Under the pieces are notes generated by a model, which did no database searches, was not told the origin of the DNA, and saw nothing but the letters and a program-made list of their open reading frames with translations. A DNA stretch of 64,000 nt, taken from an uncultured Lachnospiraceae bacterium. GTDB taxonomy: Bacteria; Bacillota; Clostridia; Lachnospirales; Lachnospiraceae. The DNA lies in contig CAJUAA010000013.1 in the NCBI GenBank assembly GCA_910584205.1, positions 7,197-71,196 of the forward strand, given 5' to 3'. This document shows, one piece after another, positions 9,715 through 19,541 of the stretch (positions are counted from its first letter, which is position 1; every line of letters starts with the position of its first letter). The position numbers and the translations under genes are program-made.

Positions 9715-10048
9715 AAAAAATCCCCCTCGTATCTCTGAAGTTTGATGATTTTGCGACATCCTCCTTTGATTTTGGCAAAGAAGACAAAACATCACTGTAT
9801 GCTCTGCCACTTTCCTGTAAATCACTGCCGGAAAACATTGTTACCTGATTTTATTATACACAGTTTTCCGGCAGATTACAATAAGCGGTGAATCTGCCTC
9901 CCGGCATTTTTAACCGCCTGATTTTCCTTTCGCTCCTTGATGTAAATAATAGAGTCAGTGAGAAAATTTTATTTTCCGGGAACCTTTTGGGACTTTCTGC
10001 TATCATAAGAGACAGAAGCCGGCAGAATACAGAGTAAGGAGATGAGGC

Positions 10049-10522
10049 ATGGCAGTCATAGACCATAAAACATTTGAAAAACAGATCCGGGAATGGATGC
10101 CGAATCTGTACCGACTTGCCTACGGCATCCTGCACAATCGGTCGGACGCCGAGGACGCCGTCAGCGAGACGCTCCTGCGGGCACATGAAAAACTGCATAC
10201 ACTGCGCGAAGCGGGCCATTTCCATGCATGGCTCATGCAGATTGCCGCAAATGAGGCAAAGAAAATCTATGCGGAAAATAAAAAACATGCACCCATGGAA
10301 AATATGGAGCCTTACATGCCGGCTTTTGAGGATGATCATCACGAACTCTGGGATGTGGTGATGGAGCTTAAGCTGTGTTATCGGGAAACGATCCTTTTGT
10401 ATTTCTATGAACGGCTTTCCATCCCGGAGATTGCAAAGGCTCTCCGCATCTCTCAGGGCACCGTAAAGTCCCGGCTTTCCAGAGGAAAAAAACTGCTTCG
10501 TGAAAAATTATCAGACGATTGA
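10049..10522 (+). CDS. ECF RNA polymerase sigma factor
   Basis: LYRLAY...DAEDAVSET...F.AWLMQIA.N; region 4 EIAKALRISQGTVKSRLSRG. Confidence 0.93.
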   Translation: MAVIDHKTFEKQIREWMPNLYRLAYGILHNRSDAEDAVSETLLRAHEKLHTLREAGHFHAWLMQIAANEAKKIYAENKKHAPMENMEPYMPAFEDDHHELWDVVMELKLCYRETILLYFYERLSIPEIAKALRISQGTVKSRLSRGKKLLREKLSDD

Positions 10523-10543
10523 CCAGAAGAAAGGAATCCCCCT

Positions 10544-12085
10544 ATGAAAAAAAGAATGGATCCGTTTGAACAGAAACTGTTTCAGATTGCAGATCAGGAA
10601 AAAATGATTCTTCCGGATACTTTATATGAGAAGACAGAACATACATTCAATCATTTATCAAAACACTCTTTCGCTTTTCGGATGAACTGGAAAAGAGCGC
10701 TGATCCTGGCCGCCGCACTGACCGCCCTGTGTTCTGCCACCGTCATGGCGGCAGTCAGCGCCGTGCAGCAGCGGATGGAAGCCATGAACGAACAGGAGAT
10801 CGAAGATTATTTCGTGCAGATCTACGCCAGCAGACTGGGCGCCGACCACTACAGCCGTCCGCTGACGGACCGTGAACAGACGCGGATGGAAGAACTGAGA
10901 CAGTCTTATGAACAGTCGGCTCTCTTTCCGGAAAAAGCGCTCACCATGATCTCCTCTGCGGAAGCATACAACGGAAAAGGGATTGCATTTTCCGGAGACA
11001 GCTCCACCTTCTTCCTGCCGGAACAGGACATGAGCGACGAAGAACTGCTGCAGATCATCGATTTTCGGCACCGGAGAGATTACAGCCTTCAGACCATGAA
11101 GGAAAAGACTGCCGCAGATGAGGCCGCATTTCCGGAGGATGCGATCCGGCAGGAAGCCGCTTCCGCAGGCAGCGACAGCGCGGCCCGGGAAACCGTCATT
11201 CCCTATACCGGGGATCTGGAGATCCAGAAGATTGCGGCAGGACAGCAGGATCTGTTTCTTATGGGGAAAAATGCCGTTCACCGCATGGCGGCCGGCAGCG
11301 GCGACTCCGAGCTGTTTTTCGATGATTTTGATACCGACACTTTCGTCAGCGCGCTTTATGAAGATCAAAAGGGAACCGTTTATCTCGCCCTGAATGAACA
11401 GACGGAAGATACCGGCGGCATGACCATCGCAGGCAGACCGTACCGGCCATCACTCTGGATCCTGAACGCCGACGGCGCAGTGACCGAAAAAACAGATCTG
11501 TCCTCCCTTCCTCTTGACGGGAACGACCAGGTAAGCGTCGTCCGGAGCATGGTGGTGGATGAACATGGTTATATCTATGTACGTGCAGCAGGTGTAAATA
11601 ATGCACTTCTGATCGTTCTGGACAGCCAGGGAAATTATGTCAAGAGTATCACATCAGACGCTTACACCTCCCATGACATGGGCGGACTGTGTATTGGCAG
11701 AGACGGCCGCATATACACGCAGATACAGGCGGGCAGTCAGATGGGAATCGCAACGATCGACCTGCAGAAAGGAACTCTGGACGAAGTCTTTCCAAACATT
11801 GTTCCGGAAGGAACAGTCATGCTGGATGTGATCGCCCCCGGAGCGGACAGCGATCTCATATTCTGGGGATATGACGGGATCTTTACCTACCATCCCGGCG
11901 ATACCGAAGCCGACTGCGTCCTGCCTGCTTATGAAGCCCCATTTGCATGGGAAAATGCTCCTCGCTGTGCGCTTTCCGACGGCAGGCTCGTGTTCGCAGA
12001 CTGCACCGAATACCGGACAGAAGGAGAAGATGTATTCCGCATTCCGGAACATGTATGTTTTTATTACCTGTCCGGCACAAGATAA
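10544..12085 (+). CDS. membrane-anchored protein, putative anti-sigma factor with beta-propeller-like extracellular region
   Basis: Directly follows the ECF sigma; single TM segment (ALILAAALTALCSATVMAAV) then a large beta-rich domain. Confidence 0.65.
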   Translation: MKKRMDPFEQKLFQIADQEKMILPDTLYEKTEHTFNHLSKHSFAFRMNWKRALILAAALTALCSATVMAAVSAVQQRMEAMNEQEIEDYFVQIYASRLGADHYSRPLTDREQTRMEELRQSYEQSALFPEKALTMISSAEAYNGKGIAFSGDSSTFFLPEQDMSDEELLQIIDFRHRRDYSLQTMKEKTAADEAAFPEDAIRQEAASAGSDSAARETVIPYTGDLEIQKIAAGQQDLFLMGKNAVHRMAAGSGDSELFFDDFDTDTFVSALYEDQKGTVYLALNEQTEDTGGMTIAGRPYRPSLWILNADGAVTEKTDLSSLPLDGNDQVSVVRSMVVDEHGYIYVRAAGVNNALLIVLDSQGNYVKSITSDAYTSHDMGGLCIGRDGRIYTQIQAGSQMGIATIDLQKGTLDEVFPNIVPEGTVMLDVIAPGADSDLIFWGYDGIFTYHPGDTEADCVLPAYEAPFAWENAPRCALSDGRLVFADCTEYRTEGEDVFRIPEHVCFYYLSGTR

Positions 12086-12112
12086 GCAGTACCGCTCAGG
12101 CTCTGTTCCAGA

Positions 12113-12382
12113 CTAACCGGAACAGAGCCGCTTTTTTATAAGCAGACAAACCGCCAGACGAAAAGCAGCGCCTGCCAGAACCGTAAAGAAACCGATCCTG
12201 CAAAGCGCATCTCCAATGCCCAGGTTGATGGCATACTGAATCTGCAGTTCAAGCGGCGGGTCCTGATACGGGATTCCGGCTTTTATCACTTCGTAATAGG
12301 CTCCGACCGCGAATACGATGCATCCGGCCAGCAGCACCGCGCCGCTCCATGTACGCAGCGCATGTTTCATTTTCTCTTCCAT
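12113..12382 (-). CDS. small membrane protein
   Basis: Two hydrophobic helices flanking AGIPYQDP; start uncertain. Confidence 0.6.
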   Translation of the reverse strand: MEEKMKHALRTWSGAVLLAGCIVFAVGAYYEVIKAGIPYQDPPLELQIQYAINLGIGDALCRIGFFTVLAGAAFRLAVCLLIKKRLCSG

Positions 12383-12488
12383 AATAAAGAATTGATTCCT
12401 TCCTTGAATGATGTCTTCGATATCTTCGCTCCAGAGCGTGTATGAAAAATACGTTCCGCCCACTGTATGTCACAGTCCGGGACCGAAG

Positions 12489-12857
12489 TTATGCCTCCAC
12501 AAAATACCCGGCGGCCTCCAGTACCTGAAGCGCTCTCTCGTAATGTTCCTGTCTGGTCAGAATGTAGTCTGTATGATAGGTGGATATGGCAAAAATCCCG
12601 ATGTGGTTTTCCGCCAGCAGCGATGTGATTTTTGCCAGAATCCCAATCAGTGAAAAATCCAGCATGCCCTGGATTCGAAACGCCTTCCATCCGTCCTCCC
12701 GCTCCGTCGTATTCTCTGGTACATGTTCAGTCAGGCAGACCAGAGACTTTTCTTCGTCCGTCTGCCCGGTGAAGCAGAAGGCTGTATCCCGATTCACCTG
12801 CGAATAATCCGACACTTTACAGATTGAAAAGGTGCCGGGTATTTTCTTTATGTTCAT
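12489..12857 (-). CDS. ACT domain-containing protein (ACT_7/CASTOR-like)
   Basis: TDEEKSLVC...GWKAFRIQGMLDFSLIGILAKI...IGIFAISTY.TDYIL. Confidence 0.88.
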   Translation of the reverse strand: MNIKKIPGTFSICKVSDYSQVNRDTAFCFTGQTDEEKSLVCLTEHVPENTTEREDGWKAFRIQGMLDFSLIGILAKITSLLAENHIGIFAISTYHTDYILTRQEHYERALQVLEAAGYFVEA

Positions 12858-12870
12858 GCCGTCTCCTTCC

Positions 12871-13659
12871 TCACCCTCTGTCCCCGGACTCCGTACGATC
12901 TTTGGTTCCGTGGCTTTTTGTCCCGGACGGCCTGTTTGTCATGGAGCAGATCCGCAGACATTCCCCCGCCTGTTCCAATTCCATGTACAGATCCTCATCG
13001 AAATGAGCCGTCAATGTATGTCCGTTCCAGTCGTATTCCGTACGATTCCATGAGAGAAAACCTTCCGCAAAAAGTCTGTGGTCGATCGGAAACTGCTGCA
13101 TGCACTGAGTGGTTATGGATATAAATTTATGCATGTCCACCGGCGCAAATACCTCCTCCGGAACGCCCGAAAATGCAACGAAGATCGCTCCGCCGGAATG
13201 CGGCCCTCTGTAATAACAGTATTTTTCAGCCAGGCCGCAGGTTACAATGGACAGATTGTGCCCATGACAGGTATCATCCAGTGTAAATTCTGCAGTTGTC
13301 AGCGGCTTTAATCCAAAGCGTTCTCCCTTTTCCTTTGTCTTTTGGGCAAGCTGAATGATCTCCTCCGAAAAACCGTTGATATTCTCCCATCCCCACAGCC
13401 AGGTATTGTCCGCTGTCGATTCGCTTCCAAGAAACTGAATGGGATACGCGCGGTTTCCAAACCGGATCGTCCCTTCTGCAAAATCAACATTCCAGTCCTG
13501 CCCCTTTACCACGAGCTCGCTGCAGGCCGTCTGTATCGCCATCATCTTTCCCAGACACACCGAGAAAACCTGGAACCAGTTTCCCCTGTCCAGATCCAGG
13601 CCATCGATAAAGCTTCCCTGCGTTGTTTCCTTTTTCTTCGTTCTGTGAAATATTCCCAT
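12871..13659 (-). CDS. DUF6882-like hypothetical protein
   Basis: WNVDF..G.I.FG...PIQFLGSES..NTWLWGWEN motif. Confidence 0.6.
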   Translation of the reverse strand: MGIFHRTKKKETTQGSFIDGLDLDRGNWFQVFSVCLGKMMAIQTACSELVVKGQDWNVDFAEGTIRFGNRAYPIQFLGSESTADNTWLWGWENINGFSEEIIQLAQKTKEKGERFGLKPLTTAEFTLDDTCHGHNLSIVTCGLAEKYCYYRGPHSGGAIFVAFSGVPEEVFAPVDMHKFISITTQCMQQFPIDHRLFAEGFLSWNRTEYDWNGHTLTAHFDEDLYMELEQAGECLRICSMTNRPSGTKSHGTKDRTESGDRG

Positions 13660-13679
13660 CCGTCTTTCCCTCCGAATAT

Positions 13680-14198
13680 TCAAGTATCATTGCATATCTG
13701 GCACCCAAAGCAGGTCAAAAAAATACCATGTTTTCCGCACCGGGGAAAACCGCAGCGGACCGGGTCATTTTCTTCCGCTTCTGACATCCAGTTCCTGGAT
13801 GCCCCTTCTTTGATGTCGTCAACCGTCATCCGATCGATCAGCTTTTCAAAAGCTCTCAGGTCATGGAAAACCAGTCTTTCATCTGGATGATAGTCCAGCT
13901 TTTCCCAGCCGGTTTTCTTTTTTGCGCCGCCTATAACCTTTTTCATAAACGCTTTGTCTTCTTCAAAGGTTTCTATGGTCCACGGCATCTCTACAATCTC
14001 AAACCCGACGCATCCTCTGCCCCGGATCTGATCATTTTCTAACAGATAAACCATCAGCCGCTTTTCATTTTCCGTCTGTGCAATGACGGACCCGCTTAAC
14101 GCCAGAACACTGATCAGTACATCGGTTCCGCCGTTTGACATCACAAGCGAATCGTCATCCGGGGTAACCCGTTCATCAAATGAAATGATATTTGACAT
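13680..14198 (-). CDS. hypothetical protein with C-terminal Cys/His cluster
   Basis: ORF MSNIISFD...; C-terminal CGKH...CFGCQIC. Confidence 0.65.
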   Translation of the reverse strand: MSNIISFDERVTPDDDSLVMSNGGTDVLISVLALSGSVIAQTENEKRLMVYLLENDQIRGRGCVGFEIVEMPWTIETFEEDKAFMKKVIGGAKKKTGWEKLDYHPDERLVFHDLRAFEKLIDRMTVDDIKEGASRNWMSEAEENDPVRCGFPRCGKHGIFLTCFGCQICNDT

Positions 14199-14256
14199 TC
14201 TGTTTTCCCCATGCCCGAAACAGGCCATTTCGTCAGCAGTTTCCTTAGAGGTTTCC

Positions 14257-14718
14257 TTAAAGAAAACAACGGTCTTCCCCAAAGCATTCCTCTCTTTGTA
14301 CAATAAGCTCTTTCAGCCTTTCCAGCTTCTGTAAAAGCTGCTGTTCCTTTTTCTCCGGATCGGCGTCCACGTAATCCACAAAAGAAATCCAACCATCTCT
14401 ATGGTCATAAACATCGTTGTATAGATATTTGCAGAATTCGATCATGCTGGTATGAGAATACTCATTTCTGATCTGCTCTTTTTTCAAAAGATACCGTTCA
14501 TCGTTTTCCACAATGATATGGCAGTTCCAGCAGCTGACCACGCAGAGCATCCGGTTTGGTTCCAGAAATCCTTTTACGCAGAATGGACTCAGGGTTTCCA
14601 GTCCGTGTATCGCCTGATCCAGCCATTCAAACGCGATATCGTCCAGATAGCTTAAACCGTATGTGGAAGTGCCCTCCAGACCGAAACCGGTCCATCCATT
14701 TTCAGGTTTTGTCAACAT
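14257..14718 (-). CDS. hypothetical protein
   Basis: GAGGAG RBS before MLTKPENGW; co-oriented in the run. Confidence 0.65.
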   Translation of the reverse strand: MLTKPENGWTGFGLEGTSTYGLSYLDDIAFEWLDQAIHGLETLSPFCVKGFLEPNRMLCVVSCWNCHIIVENDERYLLKKEQIRNEYSHTSMIEFCKYLYNDVYDHRDGWISFVDYVDADPEKKEQQLLQKLERLKELIVQREECFGEDRCFL

Positions 14719-14751
14719 TCTCTTTCTCCTCACTAAATCTCGTTAAAATTT

Positions 14752-15240
14752 TCACATTCCTGTCACATGAATCACATTGCCGTGCTGTTCGATCATTTTC
14801 AGCAGATCCTCGGTCCTGAGCCAGACCGTCGCCGTATTGTCATTGGGATGTACGCCGATCAGCCCCGGCGCATCCGCAAACGCCTGATCCAGGAAAAACT
14901 GCACTCTGCACGCCTCATCGTTGAGCAGGCCCAGAGGCGTCACCGCTCCGGGAATGAGTCCCAGCAGGTCCATAAGGTCCCGTTCCGAAGCAAAGCTCAG
15001 ACGCCTTGTCTGATGTTTCTGCCGGAATTCATTCAGGTCAACCCGCTTGTCCCCTTTCACGGTTATGAGATAATAGTTTCGCTTTTTATCGTCGCGCACA
15101 AAGAGATTTTTGGCGTCGGCCTCCGGATAGGGAAGGGCAACGTCTGAAAGCTCTTCCATGTTATAGACCGCCTTGTGTTCCGTAATCTCGTGCCAGATCT
15201 TCCGGCTCTTCAAATATTCATAAATTTCCTGTTTGTTCAT
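14752..15240 (-). CDS. YbaK/prolyl-tRNA editing domain protein (PrdX/ProX-like)
   Basis: KNLFVRDDKK, RLSFAS, PGAVTPLGLLND and HPNDNTAT motifs; GGAGGTG RBS. Confidence 0.9.
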   Translation of the reverse strand: MNKQEIYEYLKSRKIWHEITEHKAVYNMEELSDVALPYPEADAKNLFVRDDKKRNYYLITVKGDKRVDLNEFRQKHQTRRLSFASERDLMDLLGLIPGAVTPLGLLNDEACRVQFFLDQAFADAPGLIGVHPNDNTATVWLRTEDLLKMIEQHGNVIHVTGM

Positions 15241-15799
15241 ACTTCCACCTCCGCTTTGGCATACATTGGAGACCATCCGCATTCTGTCCATTATGGCTTT
15301 TTCTGCGCAGCCTTTTTCGTAACAGAGACAATTCCGCTTTTGGAAACGCCTCCCTGTATCTGGAATTTTGCCATGCCTCATATCCTTCGCCATAACTGCA
15401 GCATTGGAAGGCATGGCAGACCGAAGCAGAAAAAGGATACAGAAATGTATTGATTTCCAGTATTCTGTCCGAACTTCCGGTATATCGGCGCAATTCTTCC
15501 CCTTCCAGCGGCATTCCAAACGAGCAGCCTACCTCAAAAAGTTCAATAAACAGAATGTCATGTTTCGAAACCAGATGCCAGATCCAGCTGCTGCTTTCCC
15601 CATGCCAGCAAAGCCATTTTTCCTTTTCCGGCCCGTCGAATAACCCCGCAAACGTTTTCAGAAAAATTCCGGGCATCTGCAGGCCGCCCAGATAAGAATT
15701 GGATAATCGTACCCGTTTCCCTGCCGTCTCTATCTCCGCAAAGATCCAACCATATTCCACTTTCCATATTCTGAATGCTGCATCCTCCATGTTTTCCAT
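15218..15799 (-). CDS. hypothetical protein
   Basis: 193-aa ORF with CAGGAG RBS, co-oriented. Confidence 0.55.
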   Translation of the reverse strand: MENMEDAAFRIWKVEYGWIFAEIETAGKRVRLSNSYLGGLQMPGIFLKTFAGLFDGPEKEKWLCWHGESSSWIWHLVSKHDILFIELFEVGCSFGMPLEGEELRRYTGSSDRILEINTFLYPFSASVCHAFQCCSYGEGYEAWQNSRYREAFPKAELSLLRKRLRRKSHNGQNADGLQCMPKRRWKYEQTGNL

Positions 15800-15875
15800 A
15801 CTCCTGCAACGAACCTTCCCTGCAAATCCTGACGCAGAATTTCCGCATCCCGGCCTCCTGTTTCACAGAACTTTT

Positions 15876-16175
15876 TTATTCCCAGTATTGAAAATCGTAA
15901 CCATCCTCCGGTTCCCCGATCTCGTATCCCAGCGCTTCTGTCAATCTTTCTTTCAGCTCGCGATACCATATCTCCCAGACGTCATCCGGCATCGTACCTG
16001 CTATCTGAATCCCGCCCGGCTCTACAGATGCCCACAGGTCAATGCCCTCGCCGGTCCATCCCGGCCCCGCATCCGTCCCTGACCAATAGGGCATGGAGCG
16101 ATAGACATTTCCAATCCTGGTCCATATCTCTTCCGGCGCTGTATAGTGGACATTTAAGTTTACATCATGCTCCAC
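15876..16175 (-). CDS. hypothetical protein
   Basis: AGGAGG RBS; 99-aa acidic ORF (LWASVEPGGIQIAG). Confidence 0.65.
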   Translation of the reverse strand: MEHDVNLNVHYTAPEEIWTRIGNVYRSMPYWSGTDAGPGWTGEGIDLWASVEPGGIQIAGTMPDDVWEIWYRELKERLTEALGYEIGEPEDGYDFQYWE

Positions 16176-16205
16176 AGGCTTCCTCCTTTCATGCAGCGAA
16201 CATAC

Positions 16206-16529
16206 TCAAAATACAGTCCGTATCAAGACCATATAAAAAATGGTCCCTACGAGTATACTGATCAGCGAATTTCGTTTCCAGCGCTGCAATACAACCACGC
16301 TCACAGCGGCGATGAGCTCCGGCAGTCCGAAAGGAGCAGCCGAGAATTCCACATCCTTCAGGCAGTAGACAACCAGCATTCCTATGATTGCCGACGGAAG
16401 CACTTTTCCCAGATAGACGATATACCCAGGCGTGTTTTTCCGGAAAACATGAAACGGCAGAAAGCGCAGCAGCCATGTAAAGAACGCCATGGCCAGCACA
16501 AGAGCCGCAGCATGTACGTCAAAATTCAT
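16206..16529 (-). CDS. azlD: branched-chain amino acid exporter small subunit AzlD
   Basis: LRFLPF..F, YLGKVLPSAIIGMLVVYCLK, WKRNSLISILVGT; overlaps the azlC stop. Confidence 0.88.
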   Translation of the reverse strand: MNFDVHAAALVLAMAFFTWLLRFLPFHVFRKNTPGYIVYLGKVLPSAIIGMLVVYCLKDVEFSAAPFGLPELIAAVSVVVLQRWKRNSLISILVGTIFYMVLIRTVF

Positions 16530-17233
16530 TCGGTTCCCTCCCTGTCCATCCTGATCCGGCTCTGAACAGCCGTTAAAACAAGCGTAATCAAAAGCATGGC
16601 CGGAATCAGAAATTGTTCCGGTCCAAATAAAACCAGGCACAGCAGCGAACACAAAAAGCCTGTCAGCGCCGGAATATGGTTTCCTCCGGTAAGCCACTGC
16701 TCCGTAAAAGAAGCTATAAAAAGCGCCGTCATGGAGAATTCAATTCCCTCTGTGGAAAAGGGCAGCACACTCCCCAGAAGACTCCCGATTACGCTTCCCG
16801 TAACCCAGTAGCACTGGTTAAAGAAAGAAACAAAAAAACGGTACCGACTGCCGGATGCTTCATCAGGGACCTGTCCGTCACAGAGGAGGGAATAGGTCTC
16901 ATCCGTCAGGGAAAAGATCAGATACGGCTTGTATTTCCCTGTGTCCTTATAGCGTTCAATCATGGAAATGCTGTAAAAAAGATGACGCGCATTTACCATA
17001 ATCGTTGTGAAGATCGCTGTGACAACCGAAGCGCCTCCGGCGATCAGGCCCACACCCACATACTGCATGGAGCCTGCATAAATAAAACTGCTCATGGCAA
17101 ATGCCCAGAGTAATCCGTACCCTGCATTCCGAAGCAGGATCCCGAATCCGGTTCCAAGGATGATATATCCGGCCAGTACCGGAAGCGATTTATAAAATGC
17201 CTGTTTTATCACAAAAGCGCTTTGATTCTTCAC
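16526..17233 (-). CDS. azlC: branched-chain amino acid exporter permease AzlC
   Basis: PVLAGY, YAGSMQY, VNARHLFY, LTDETYS and GIEFSMTALF motifs. Confidence 0.92.
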   Translation of the reverse strand: MKNQSAFVIKQAFYKSLPVLAGYIILGTGFGILLRNAGYGLLWAFAMSSFIYAGSMQYVGVGLIAGGASVVTAIFTTIMVNARHLFYSISMIERYKDTGKYKPYLIFSLTDETYSLLCDGQVPDEASGSRYRFFVSFFNQCYWVTGSVIGSLLGSVLPFSTEGIEFSMTALFIASFTEQWLTGGNHIPALTGFLCSLLCLVLFGPEQFLIPAMLLITLVLTAVQSRIRMDREGTE

Positions 17234-17430
17234 GCTGATTCCCCGCTTTCTTTGGTTTCCATACCATTATAGCTTTTTCGATCCAAAACGACAACTGTTA
17301 CTTTTCACATGTCCGAAGCCATGCTATAATTGTCCAGACAGATCATCGAAACCTGCAGCCTGTCTGAAAACATACAGGAAACTCAATGTAAAATCCATAT
17401 AAACACCAGGAAAGAAAAGGAGGAAATTCC

Positions 17431-18216
17431 ATGAACGACAAAACCAGATACGAGATTATGAAAAACCGGGAGCTTTTGAAAGGATATCATGCAGCGGACG
17501 CCGGTGCGGAAGAGACCGATCAGCAGCAGAAGCTGCCTTCCATTCCCTGCCTTCAGGAAAAAAGGGGAACCGACACCATTCCGCTCCCCACGGACTACGC
17601 GTCTCTGTCTTTTTCCGGAAACATCTTGAAGCTGATCAGCGGGCGGGAAAGCAGGAGGACCTATGCCGACGCCCCTCTGTCTCTCCTGGAGCTGTCCTTC
17701 CTTCTGTGGAGCACCCAGGGAGTCCGCCGTTTTGCCGGACACAAAAACCCGGTCACCTTCCGGAATGTCCCATCGGCCGGTTCCCGCCACAGCTTTGAGA
17801 CCTTCCTGTTCGTCCATCAGGTGGACGGATTGAAAAAGGGCATCTATCACTATCTTCCGCAGGAACACGAACTGGAGTTCTGGAATAACCGCTCTGATTT
17901 TGACGAAGAACTGAAGGACGCCCTCTGCGGACAGCAGTTTGCCGCCTCCGCCCCGGTTCTCTTTGTATGGGCCTCCATCCCCTACCGGATGGAATGGCGC
18001 TATGGACAAAAAGCTGCCAAATACCTTCTGATCGACGCCGGGCATGTGTGCGAAAACCTGTATCTGGCCTGCGAATCCATCGGCTGCGGCACCTGCGCCG
18101 TCGGCGCCTACGATCAGGACCGGATGGACGATCTTCTGGGATTTCCGCCCGGCCCCTCCGCGGACAGGAACTATATCTGCACGGTCTATGCCGCTCCGGT
18201 GGGGAGAAAAGCCTGA
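17431..18216 (+). CDS. SagB/ThcOx-family nitroreductase
   Basis: RESRR, RNVPSAGSRH, IDAGHVCENLYL and GTCAVGAY motifs. Confidence 0.88.
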   Translation: MNDKTRYEIMKNRELLKGYHAADAGAEETDQQQKLPSIPCLQEKRGTDTIPLPTDYASLSFSGNILKLISGRESRRTYADAPLSLLELSFLLWSTQGVRRFAGHKNPVTFRNVPSAGSRHSFETFLFVHQVDGLKKGIYHYLPQEHELEFWNNRSDFDEELKDALCGQQFAASAPVLFVWASIPYRMEWRYGQKAAKYLLIDAGHVCENLYLACESIGCGTCAVGAYDQDRMDDLLGFPPGPSADRNYICTVYAAPVGRKA

Positions 18217-18220
18217 CAGC

Positions 18221-18448
18221 TTATGCGCAGTCCTGTTCCAGCACCACTTGAATAAACTTCCTCATCAGAGGAATATACGTAAGCACAAAAACCGCGGAAG
18301 CCGCAACGGAAGCCGCTTTCCTGCCTTTGGCAGGAATCTGCATGCCCGCCAGAAGCCCCATGGAAAACAGACAGAATTTCAGTAAAGTCATATCCTTCCA
18401 GCTGCTTTTCTGCAGATACCGGTCCGCGTACATAAATAGTTTTTTCAT
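18221..18448 (-). CDS. small membrane protein
   Basis: GGAGG RBS; MKKLF..AD.Y....SWKD..LLKFCL with two TM helices. Confidence 0.7.
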   Translation of the reverse strand: MKKLFMYADRYLQKSSWKDMTLLKFCLFSMGLLAGMQIPAKGRKAASVAASAVFVLTYIPLMRKFIQVVLEQDCA

Positions 18449-18465
18449 TCGTGTCAACCTCCTTT

Positions 18466-19023
18466 TCATTGGTTTGATGAGTGGACAGTTCCTCTTCGTT
18501 CATATATAAGGTCCGTGATCCCGTTATAGCTCTGGGTCTTAACCAGCTTCAGCGGGATCCGGCTTCCGTTCTCTCCAAACAGGCGAATCCCGTTTCCCAG
18601 CAGTATGGGAATCACAGAAATGTAATAGACATCTATCAGATCTTCCTTCCAAAGCTGTTGTACCAGATCAGCGCCGCCGCAGATCCAGATCGCCTTTCCT
18701 TCTTTTTCTCTCAGAGACCGTATGAGCCTGCAGGGATCTTCCGCCGAAAACCGTATATTTTCTGCGGAAGCGGGAACTTCTCTGCGGGTGATCACACAGC
18801 TGGTCAGATCGCGGTAAACCCATTCATCCGGCGACAGCTCCGTCACGATCTGATCATACGTATTTCTGCCCATGACCACCGTATCCACATGAACGATAAA
18901 TTCTGAATACGTATCCCGCATCTCACTGTCGTCCCCATGGCCGCCCAGCCAGTCAACGCCGCCTTCCCGGTCCGCGATATAACCATCCAGACTCATGGCG
19001 ATAAACAAGATCACTTTCCTCAT
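18466..19023 (-). CDS. dihydrofolate reductase family protein (RibD C-terminal)
   Basis: IAMSLDGYIA, VMGRNTY, IWICGGA and IPILLGNGIRLF motifs. Confidence 0.9.
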   Translation of the reverse strand: MRKVILFIAMSLDGYIADREGGVDWLGGHGDDSEMRDTYSEFIVHVDTVVMGRNTYDQIVTELSPDEWVYRDLTSCVITRREVPASAENIRFSAEDPCRLIRSLREKEGKAIWICGGADLVQQLWKEDLIDVYYISVIPILLGNGIRLFGENGSRIPLKLVKTQSYNGITDLIYERRGTVHSSNQ

Positions 19024-19484
19024 CTGCAGTTCTCCTTTTCCATCACATAATTCCCAAGCGCGACTCCTCCCCTGACTGCAGTCTGCTCCCGTAAAAGCCG
19101 GTATCCCCTGGCCAGGAAAAACGGCTTTGCAGTGATGGACGCATGGGTAAGAATACGCTCCGCCTTTGCCGCGCCTTCCAGACGGTCGCAGATCGTTGTG
19201 GCGACACCCTGTCTCTGATGGTCCTTATGGACGTACAGCCGGTCCAGATATCCTGCCTTGTCCATATCTCCAAAACCGACAATCTTGTCGTTTATAAAAG
19301 CAACCACTGTATCATGCGTGAGGAAAGACCGGTTCCATGCATCCAGGTCCACGCTGCCTGCGGCCCAGGCCAAAAGCTGTTCTTCTGTATAATCTCCTGC
19401 ATTGACTGTATGAACCGTCTCATAAAACAAGTCTGCCAGAACCTGGCAGTCTGCCGGCCGGTAGCTTCTGAGCTTCCAATTCAT
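19020..19484 (-). CDS. GNAT family acetyltransferase (YafP-like)
   Basis: LDRLYVHKDHQRQGVA and HASITAKPFF motifs. Confidence 0.9.
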   Translation of the reverse strand: MNWKLRSYRPADCQVLADLFYETVHTVNAGDYTEEQLLAWAAGSVDLDAWNRSFLTHDTVVAFINDKIVGFGDMDKAGYLDRLYVHKDHQRQGVATTICDRLEGAAKAERILTHASITAKPFFLARGYRLLREQTAVRGGVALGNYVMEKENCR

Positions 19485-19541
19485 CTATCTGAACCTCCGG
19501 TAAAAAGTCCATACCGAGACGCCGCGCAGCCAATACCCTGT

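Noticed and set aside
17431..18216. RiPP (azole) biosynthesis cluster around the SagB-like gene
   Set aside because: No YcaO, precursor peptide or transporter nearby; stand-alone nitroreductase-fold gene.
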